A stretch of 64,000 nucleotides of DNA from Chiloscyllium plagiosum (taxonomy: Eukaryota). The notes under the pieces were generated by a model that saw only the letters and a program-made list of their open reading frames with translations, made no database searches and was not told the origin of the DNA. Both the position numbers and the translations under genes were made by a program. The stretch covers positions 1,687,930-1,751,929 of the forward strand of contig NC_057753.1 of assembly GCF_004010195.1 (NCBI RefSeq), in the 5' to 3' direction. Below, in pieces: positions 53,559 to 64,000 of the stretch (within the stretch, counting starts at the first letter, position 1; every line of letters starts with the position of its first letter).

Positions 53559-56500
53559 CCTGATGCCAGGCTCCAGGAACCCAACTGAATGCATTTCTTT
53601 ACAATAATTACTGTACATGTCGAAAGCAGATTCGACATATTTCTGCCCCGCTCATCTTCAATTTTAATAGATTTCAAAATGTATTCCTGGGGATTGTCAT
53701 TTATCTGAAGTCAAGTACGTACAGGTTCTGGTCGTTCTCATTAGAACAAAAGTGAAATGCGAAGCAGGCCGTTGGAAATATGCACAAAGCTGGATCTGGT
53801 ACACCACAATCACCTGATGAATGAGCAGCACTCACAAAGCTAGCACTTCCAAATAAAACTGTTGCACTATAAATGATACGTGATTTTGACTGGATCTGGA
53901 TGAGATGTCCTTTTCTATGAATAGGATATTTTGGAGCTGCAATATTCTGTTATATTGGAATATGCGGCTACGTATCGTTTCATGATCATTATTCTATTTG
54001 TATGATCACTGATTAGTTTCGAATCTCTCTGGAACTGTTTAACTCCTTCAGAGCAGCTGCCTGCACACGGTGTATAGGCACGTTCATTATATTTCATTTT
54101 GTGCTCACAGGGCCAGCTTATTTTTACAATTACTTTGACTGCAGACTTGATCACGCGTGAACCTTTATATTGTCTTCTGAAACATCAAGCACATCTTAAT
54201 TCAACATGCATAGTCCAATTCAGCAGGTACATAAAAGAATCGATACTTGCTGCTTTCTGGGTAATGCCTGTTCAGTGTGATTACATTTTGCATGATGGCA
54301 ATTTACCGGTGTGGGACGATGGTAGACATCATCAGAAATCTTCACGTGATGCAGATCTCCGAACACTGTCCGATAATAACTTGAAAAATCCATGCTCACC
54401 TCGGGCATTTAGTCAGGGAAGAAACGTGCACTTCAGCACAATTCATCTCAACGAGTTAATGTAATTATGAGACTGTGGAAGTAATTTTGTTTATTAGTAC
54501 TTTCAAAACAATTTGTTAGGAATATTTACATTCAGAGTTGAAAATACCCATTCAGTTCTGAGCACAGTTGCATTAAGTGTGCACTGGTTTAATTCAGCAC
54601 AATTACATTCAGCGTCCAAAGGATCAATTGAGGCCTCTTGCGTTCATTGTGTAAGGCCCAGATCAGCAGCTTGAGCTACGGCTTTTGATCAACACTGTAT
54701 CACATTGGGGAGCACGCGAGCGCATTGAGTTTCGAATGGTGAGGTGGAACGTGATAAATAGCAACAGTTGCATTTCCTGCGTGTATAAGACATTCTTATG
54801 AAGAAAGCTGTTGTTTCAGGTGAGTGCATGAAATGTACTTGGAAAAAATCTGAGGAGAGGCTGCCTGGAAGCACTGAAAAGTAAGATTCTAAATATAAAT
54901 CCGCTGACTGCTCCATTGTTCAAAGAGGTCATACATGATCTGATAATCCTCAACTTTATTTTCCTGCCTTTTTCCAAGAACCCTTGACTCTCTTATTGCA
55001 TGAAATATCCATCCCAAACTTGAATATACTTCGTTGTACAGCCTCGACAAATCACTGTGCCAATGAACTCCACAAATTCACAACCATTTGACAGAAGAAA
55101 TTCCGCCTGGTTTCTGCGTTAAATGTACACACGTCTTGCTCTGAGACTCTTTTCCATAATGAGAAAAAACCTCTGAGCACTCGATCTGCCAAAGCCTCTT
55201 TGAAATGTATATGCTTCTATAAGGTCACTTCTCATTCTTCTGAACTCCACTGTTTACAATCCGACTTACTTGATATCTCCTCGTGAGAAAATCCCTCAAT
55301 GCCTAAGATATTTGAATAATGCATCCAATTGAGTTATATTTTATCTGAAATTAGGGGACTAAACGGTCCACATTATTGTAGGTGAGGTCTAAGTGGTACT
55401 TTGCATAGATTTCACAAGATTTCTTTATTTAAGTACTCCACTCCCCGAGACAATAGAATATTCCAGTTTCGTCCTTATTATCTTTTGAACTTGTCTGCTC
55501 GTTGTCTTGTGATTAATGCACTAGGATACCCAAATACCGAGTGATGCAGATTTCTGCTGTCTGTTTAAACAACAGCATCTCTATTATTTCTGCAAAACCT
55601 CATTTTCCGCATTATACTGCATCAACTAAATTTTTGAGACTGTGTATTTCACTGGAGATGTTTTTACTCTTCTTCGTCACTTATGTTCCTGTCAATGTTT
55701 CTGCAACCACAATTACTTTCATTATTTACATCATAAATATATGTTGTAAATAATTGCATTTGCAGCACATCTCTGAGCTACTTTGCTATTTGCAGATTGC
55801 AATCTTGGAAATTTCCTCTTATTGCAACTTTGTCTTTTATTTACTTTCCACTTCTTTATCGATGTAAATGTGCGATCTACCCACAACAGGCTCTTAATAA
55901 ATAGACTTATGTGCAGGACGTCATCGAATACTTTTTAGAAATTTAGATACTTTACATCTATTAGTTCCCCTTTATCTTTCTGCTTGTTACCAACTCAATT
56001 AATTATTATTAATTTGTGAAGCATGATTTCCATTTGGGTAAAGCTATGTTCAATCAACTTGGATTCGATTGTGTACTTCCAAATATTGTGCAATTACGTT
56101 ACTTACAAGAGACTCGAACATTTTTGATAGCAAATTCTAAGCAAACTGAACTGTTGTTTAGTCACGATTTTTGTTCTCCAAACCTTTTGGATTGTCCAGA
56201 AGTAAGGAATATTGGAATACTACTACCATGTTCCTTTACCTACTTTCTTTAATATCCTAGGTACAATCAACCATGTCCAGGGAATTTATCAGCATTTGGC
56301 CAAAATATTTTTCCTATTAACTTTATTGTTGGCTTTAGTGTAAATTTACATGAAAGGAACAAACCCTCGCCCACTCACAACCCCGATGAGGCCTTTTCTT
56401 GAGATTTTCTGGAAAGCTACTGCTACGTTTTCATAAGATCCTTTCTCAATCTCACTACTCTTTCATTACATGATGCATTAATGTCATAACAATATTTAGG

Positions 56501-57929
56501 CATTTCTGTTACCAAATGGGCAGTTTGATGTCAACCAAAAGAATTATTAGAAAAAATCATCAAAATCCTCAATAATCATCACTGCTCCTTTGAGCTCAAG
56601 TTTCAAATACAGAAGGTGAGCATTAATTCAGTGCAGCATTTAAATTGGCCCAAAAGAACAGACATAGAATAAGAAGTAGACCATTCAGCCTCTTGAGCCC
56701 GCTCCTCCATTGAATAAGATCATGCGTGATCTGTGGCCTAATTCCATATGCCTGCGTTATAACTATTTGTATACCTCAGATTTAAATTTAACTCTTGCTT
56801 TTAACTATTTGTATACCTCAGATTTAAATTTAACAATTGAATTTTGATGAATCAACATTTGAGGAAGAGCTTCAATTATTCACTGCTAATGATTTCTTAT
56901 GGATTTATTGAATGGCCTGGCTCTAATTCTGAGACTTTACCCACTAGTTCCACCAGTGGAAAAATATACCTTTATATACCCTGTCTTTCCATGTCCATAT
57001 CTTTAAAACCTTAATTAGATCATCCTAAGCCTTGCAAATTCTAGGTAATGAATGCCTAATTTTTCGAAGGTGAAACCATACCTTTACCAGTCGAGGTATC
57101 ATTCCTGTAAACGTGCTGTAAACCCTGTAGGGCCAAAATAAGCTCCATAATATGTTGTGCTCAGATGTGTTCATAGTACTTTAAGTAGGATCGAACCAAG
57201 GATTTGTGTAACAGCAGAACGACATATTCACCCTGAAACTGCAGTTCTGTAGATATGAAAACTAAAATTCCATTCTAGGTCTTGACTATTTTCTGCACCA
57301 GTCCATGACACTTAAAATAGCTATGAGTCCAGAAATCACAAATCCCTTTGGCCATCGAACGAATTTAAATTTTACCTTTTATAAAATATCTGGATCTGCG
57401 CATAATTTAGGAACAAATCCTTTCTGAAAAGAAAATTGATACTACTTCTATCTGCAAAGAGTCATCACTCGAAACACAGATGCCCTAAGGAGTGGAGGTC
57501 ATAGTTAATCTGTTACATGTTTGTCTTCAACAGTCATTACATCTCAAGGGATGGACATTATGTGTGATACTCTGAGTATAATAACATATTAATTGAAATC
57601 TTCATGAACGAAAACATTTCAATATTAAATTATCCAGAAAAGACAACATTCATTATGTTAACATCCATTACATTTCCCTCTATCGAGTAGTTTCTGACCT
57701 CCTGCAGCCGTAGTCCAGAGATTTCACATTCATATGCAAGGAATTCATCACCGACGTTTTGCTGGATACCAATTGACTTTCGAGAAATATGAAAAAGCGC
57801 TCTCCTCCTTCTAAATCTTCTGCTGCTTTACAGCCGCCCAACTCTTTGCAGCCTATATTCTCTTCTTTTTGTAACACCTGTCTTCCCTTGCATTCACTTT
57901 CCCAACGATGTGGCTTTCCATACTCCTGG

Positions 57930-58570
57930 CCTGCGGGGTCATTTTCACATCCCACCCCAGTTACCTGTCGATCTTGACTGCCCCACGGATTCAAGCCTTC
58001 CCGACTGCTTCTCCTTATCTTACCTTTACAAAAAGGCAGGAAAAAGTGTGGAAAGGCTATAGTCACAGGGAATTCAGTTGTGAGGGGTGTAGGTCGGCGG
58101 TTCGAAAACGATACTCCAGAATGGTATGCTGCCTCACAGGTATACTGGCAAAGGATGTCTTAGATTTGCTGCAGAGCGTTCTGAAGGAGGAGGATGAACA
58201 GCCAGTTTTCGTGTTGCAGGCAGGCACCAATAATATAGGTAAATGAGAAAAAAAATGGTCGTACAAGCAGAATTTAGGAAGTTAGGCGCCAAGTTCAAAA
58301 GTAGGACCTCAGAGGTAGTAATCTCAGGATTGATGTCAGTACCACGTGCGAGTCAGATTAGAAATGAAACAACAGGCAAGATGAATGTGTGGTTTGAGAC
58401 ACAGTGCAGGAGGGAGGTGTTAAGAATATTGGGACAACGGGACTAATACTGGGGAAGGTGGAACGATTACAAATTATATGGACTACTTCTGGGCCGGACT
58501 GGAACCAATGACCCTCGGGGTACTTCTGCTAATGCTTTTGGGTAGGGTTTATACGAATGCAGCAGGGAGA
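57930..58570 (+). mobile_element. CR1 ORF1 (esterase) fragment
   Basis: MVCCLTGILAKDV..EQPVFVLQAGTNNIGK; LGAKFKSRTSEVVISGLMSVPRAS..MNVWFETQCRRE. Confidence 0.82.
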
Positions 58571-60639
58571 TCTCTGTGGTCTCTGTGGTCTGCTAAGACT
58601 GTGGCGACATAACAACAACAACCTTGTAAACTTGTTGCACTGTAATAATGTCCTCCTTCAACTTAAGGAGCTGTTGAACCTTAGGTTTGCTTCCAAAAAA
58701 AGAGAAAGTATCCAGTAAAGTGGTACTTCTTCAGACCCAAGTTGTACGTCACTTATCTCCATTTGTGCTGAATAGGACATTCTATTTCCTCACGACTTTG
58801 CTGGTGAATTTGCCGATTTCGTACAGTTTTTACTGTTCTCTTTTACGATACACTTGATTGCGTGTGACAATAAAACTTCTTTAAAAATCTAAATATATAC
58901 ATTGAACCCAGGAAGCAATATGAAGAAAATAATAAATGTGATAATAATGTTGGAATGAATGACTTTTAAATGTGGTGAAATTTACCTGCATTCAAGTTAC
59001 GATTTTCCCCCAACACCTTCAACTACAGGCTGTACTTGTTTTTGACTCCAGATATAGAAACGAAAGCTAGCTCATCTAAACTGGTCAATTTGCACTACAC
59101 GCAACGCAGAAGAAAATACTCAGGAGAGGCAGAGGAAAGAAATTGGAACAATTAGATAAATTAAATGAAATTGTTGGAACCAGTAAGTTTAGCGCAGCAA
59201 CTGGAGTGGCATGGTAGGTCAATAATGAGCACTGTTGCCTCACAGCTCAAGGGATTTGGGCTCGATTCCAGCCTCAGGTGATTGTGTTGAGTTTGCCCTT
59301 CGGTGCTCCATTTTCCACCTTCAGCTTAAAAATTTGCACGTTTGGTGGATTAGCCGTGGGGAAAGTAAAGATATTGTAGCGGGCGTGTTTGAGATGCTGT
59401 CCAGAAATTTGGTAAGAACTTGGTAAGTGGTATACCGTGCTTCCTCAATTTGAAAATTATATGAACTGAATGCGCACTCTGGCTCTGCGTTCATGTATTA
59501 AGAAGTTGCTAATGATATGGTAAAGAAGGAGCTTCGTTTGGTCGAGAAATTGGATAACAAGTAGATGTGAGATTAAATAAGTAATTGGTACTTTTCACAG
59601 TAGTAACCATTCAGACATAATGGATACATCCTGGGTTGATGAGGGAAGCAAAGTTGGAAATATGAGATTCTATCACATTCAATCTTCATACAATGGTGAA
59701 ATGTATTACATCTCTGAAAATAAAATGAAGGAAATAAACCAAGTAGCCATGAGGCAGTCTCCCAAATATAGTCTTGGGGTCAAAACTATAGAAGTTATGT
59801 CCTGTGATAGTAATAGGTTTCACTGAGAGATAATGAGTGACAGCCAACATGGCTTTGTAAAAGACAAAACCTGGAAAACATGGTTGCTTGAAGAAATTGG
59901 ATGACCAATGAAGGTCATTTCTGTGGATTTTATATATGTCGACTTAATAAGATGTCATATTCCATTCTTGTATCTTAGCAAAATTAAATCCCATTAGATT
60001 AACAAACCTTGGCAGTCACAGTGTTGATAAACATTTGGAATGGGGAAAGAAAGCAAACAAAAAGCTGAATGAACATAAATTGCTGGAAAGCAGATTTGAA
60101 AGCATCTGTGGAGAGAAATCAGAGTTTACGTTTCGAGTCCAGTGACCGTCCCTTCTCTGCAAATTGCAACACCAGACTGGAAATTTTTCGTCCATATGTT
60201 GGTGCTGCGAGGTGTCCAAGAGGATAAGGCAATGGACTGCAAAGCTTCCATGTTGTATGTTGTACACAGGTTGCTTCATATCGCACTCTCGTCGCCATTT
60301 CTCCATGTTATTTCAGTGTGCTTGCTGAGCTTCTCCTTGTCAGTTTATCACATTGGAGCGCATGAAATGTTCTTTATTTCAGTGAAAAATAGAAGAGAAA
60401 TTGGAAGACATGGCGTAAACTGTATTGAAAAGTAATTCTTACTGAATTAAAATGATGGAAAGGGACATAAATTTATGTCATTCCCTTGTTCTATCATGAC
60501 ATTCAGTGTCTCTAAGACAGCCCGTTCTGTTTCCCGAACGATCCCCCCCCCCAGGACGACAGCAGTCGGGACGGCCGGTCCACCCTCTGGCTCAGAAGTG
60601 TCTTTATTCTGACAGTTGGGATTGCATCTACTTATCTTG

Positions 60640-63600
60640 AGATAGTTGCGTCATCGCCACTTCTGTACACTGTGCTGGTTCTCATCCACAGATATTAGCA
60701 GCTATATTTGCCACTGTGCATGCTGAAAATATGTTTGCAGAGAGACTACAACTGTGATATACCTTTCAAACATAATATAATATAAAATCAAGCAGACGCA
60801 GGTTCATTGCCTTTATCACGGTACAGCAAAGTATGTTCCTGGTGAACGAGGAAGTCAACAATTGTTGGGGTATGCATGAATGTGGTTTTTATGTTCAACT
60901 CAGACCAGTCGTAACCTTCAGGTGATAGAGATGAACAGCATGGAAACAGACACGACAGTCCAACTTATCCATGCCTGCCAAATATCCTGTATTAGTCTCG
61001 CTCCACTTGCCAGTATTTAGCCCATATCCCTCTAAACCATACTTATTCATACCCATCCGGATGCTTTTTAGATATTGCCTGCATCAGTTCGTCTGACAGC
61101 TTATTCCATACACGCACCACCACGTGCATGAAAATGGATCCCCTTAGTTCTCTCCAAGATCTTTCCCTTCTCCGCATGGCATCTAGGTTTGGACTCCACA
61201 TCCTGGGAGAAAGACTGTTTACTCTATCCATTCCCGACATGATTTTATAAACATGCATAAGTTCACCATTTAGGCTCCGACGCTCCAGGGAAAAAAACAA
61301 ACCGTAGCTGTTCAGAGGCTTCCTAGATCTCACATTCTCCAGCCCTGGGACATCCTTGCAAATATTTTCTGCACACTTTCAAGTTTAACAACATACTTTC
61401 AATAGCAGAAAGAATTGAACGCAGTATGCCAAAAATAGCCACACCAATCTTGATGAATGAGCAGTCTCAAAGAGCTCAACAGCATAGCCGAGATTCCTTT
61501 TTGTATCTTTCTATGCATTTACACACTGCAACGATCCACTCGGTTGTAAGCTCAAGAAGTAGACATTTGAAGAACGGGTTGGACTTTGGATTGAATTCAG
61601 TGAGGCCTTTGATCTCTGTTTGGAAATAAAAAATTATACTCAATGGCTGCCTAAGGTGAGCTCGGCGCCAAAGAGAGACCAAGAATAAGCAAGAAAAGTG
61701 ATTGAGTACAACTGATTTCAGAAAGGGATAGGAATAAAGAACTAATGTTTGGGTGAACGAGAGAAATGTGAGTTGACTGAGGTGGATGTGGTTTTGGCAG
61801 TCCAAATAAGCACTCGCTGCTCCTATGTTTGACGCTCCAGGGTTTTATTTTTTCTTGGGAGCACTCCAGATTTTCAGCTGTCAACCTGGCTGCATGGGGT
61901 CACAATTGTCTTTGTTACTGATCTGTTTTATTGTCCTCAGCAAAATTCACCAATAAAGAAAAACACTTCCACGCTCCTGGAAATGTTGACATGGTAGATA
62001 ATCTACATCAGGAAAACTGATGAACCCCTGTTGAACTTCGCTAGTCCAAAAGATATCTGTTAATGGCGACTACTTTATGTCAATCAGACATCAGCATCTT
62101 TTAACGTCAATGTTGTTACTGCAACGTTTATTTCATTAACTCCAGTAATTTTCTCAGCAGACTGCTATGGAACAATTTATTAAAACATTTCCTCCGCGTT
62201 CATCACATCAATTATGTTATTGTAATCAACATTCTGTTACCTCAACAAAAAATGTTACAGAAAACCTTGGGAGGTGATGTTTCTTCAAAGTATCTGTGCA
62301 AGTTTTCCTGAATTAACAAACACCTTTCCATTGCCCTTAACAAATTACCTTTTCTAAAACTTTTCCTACGACCAAAGTTAAACTATCCAGCCCCCACAGC
62401 TTTTTTAAACGTTTCGTTGATGATGAGTGAAGATCTAATATCATTTGCCAGGAACTGTGACGTAAATGAGTGAAGTGATTAAATTACAATTACATTTCTC
62501 TGTCAAACTACAGTTGCGTATGGCACGACAGTGGTTGATATTCACATTTATACCTGATGCCAGTCTCCAGAAACAGAATTAAATGCCTTGGACTTTTACA
62601 ATAGTTACTTAATTGTAAAAAAAAGTTCTGGGATTTTTTTTCGGTTTGTCTTCAGTTTGGATGGAATAGGAATTTTATTCCTGGGCACTGACAGTGCTTT
62701 GAAGTGAAGCAGTGCAAGATGTGGTTTCCTTGATTTAAAAAAAAACAATAAGAAACCGATCATTGCAAATGTAAACAAGGATGTTTTGCATTACTCTTTA
62801 CTGTGAAAAATAAATCTTTACCTGAGATGGTCTATTTTATGGGAATATGCAGCAAAGTTTCCTCTCATGATCATTATTCAGTCTGTAGTATCAATGATTA
62901 AATCCAAGATGGTTTCAAAACCCTCTGAATCGGTATAACCACTTTAAAGCAACGGTCTGTGCACGGATTCTGGGCATGTCAATTGCATTTCATGCTGCTT
63001 TCACAGGGTCGGTTATTTTTAAAAATTACCTCCAGCGCAGACTGGACCACATGGGAACCATTAAATTATATTCTGACACGTCAACTACATCTTGATCAGT
63101 TTAAACTGAACATGCCCAGGTCCAATTCAGCAGTTATGCCAGAATTGATATTGGCTGCTTTCTGCCGAGACACTTAGAGTGGTTACACCCTGAGCAGTGT
63201 GATTACATTCTGCATTGCTTTATGTCTGCACAAGACCATGTGAACTTGTGTGTTTTCACAAGGGCACTTGCGTGGTGCGGAGAGAGGGTAAATCTCTTCA
63301 TTGACCAGCCACGCACTAGGTGTTAACAAGGCTAAATTAAGCGTAGACAGGCTCATTCAGTATTCTCCAGCTGCAAAAGGACAGTTCATTGTCCTCATCG
63401 GGGTGCATTTCGTCAAGGAAGAAAAGTACAGACGAACATAATTCATTTCAACATAGAGAGAACCGTATTAACAAGTTAGTGTCATTGTGAAACTATACAA
63501 GCGAATTTGTTTGTTAGTACAGTGACAGCAACGACTTGTGAATACTTCCATTCAGTGATGAAAATTTACGTTCACTTGTGAACACAGTTACATTCAGTTT

Positions 63601-64000
63601 GCACAACTTCATTTCAGCAAATTTATATTCAGCATACGAAATGATGGATCGAGGACACTTGCCTTCGTTATGTTAGGTCCGGGTGTGTAGTGTGACCTTC
63701 AGCTGTTAAAAAAAGATTATAACACTTTGAAGATCACATGAGCGCATTGAGTTTGAAATGATAAGGTGAAGTGTGGTACAATGCCAATGGTTACATTTCC
63801 CGTGTTTGCAAGACATACTCGGAATGGAAGCTATTGTTTCAGGTGACGTAACTGAAATGCACCTGGAAAAGATCTTAGGAGAAGCTTGAGAAGGACAGAA
63901 GTAAATAACATTCGATACAAAACCTATTGAATGTCCTACTATTCAATCAAATCAAATCTATTCTCAAGTCCATTCTCCTGCCTTTTGTCCAGAATCATTG
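60640..64000 (-). pseudogene. GPCR unit copy 4: both flanks present, coding region deleted at ~62493
   Basis: 61660-62490 aligns with 48790-49685 (downstream flank) and is joined directly to 62493-63900, which aligns with 53499-54900 (ATG and upstream flank). Confidence 0.8.

Noticed and set aside
60142..60435. Possible exon or processed-gene fragment in non-paralogous sequence
   Set aside because: No recognisable motif in the frames I read and no convincing splice context; left unassigned.
1..64000. CRISPR arrays, operons, rRNA genes
   Set aside because: None seen; the sequence is vertebrate-like and its repeats are explained by transposons and segmental duplication.

Overview
Eukaryotic, repeat-rich DNA, most likely from a shark or other cartilaginous fish, judged from HE1-type V-SINEs, HER1/CR1-type LINEs and the receptor family present. 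The organising structure is a head-to-tail tandem array, all on the minus strand, of a duplicated unit of roughly 13-19 kb that carries a two-exon GPR139/GPR142-like class A GPCR. Five units touch the window. Copy 0 (~3.9-13.6 kb) shows only upstream sequence. Copy 1 (19.6-21.4 kb) is a CR1-split, 5'-deleted pseudogene. Copy 2 (34708->32196, 325 aa) is intact. Copy 3 (53501->51396) is a pseudogene with stop codons and a palindromic Penelope-derived insert. Copy 4 (junction ~62493) is a 'ghost' whose whole coding region is deleted while both flanks, the TATA box and the ATG remain. Transposons fill the rest: the 5' end of an L1 (YY1-type start plus ORF1), many CR1 LINEs, a Gypsy element with a tRNA-Pro-like PBS holding a near full-length CR1 that itself holds a solo LTR, several SINE families, and Penelope-like elements whose termini carry minimal hammerhead-ribozyme-like motifs. 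All alignments were made by eye, so coordinates of old repeats are approximate.
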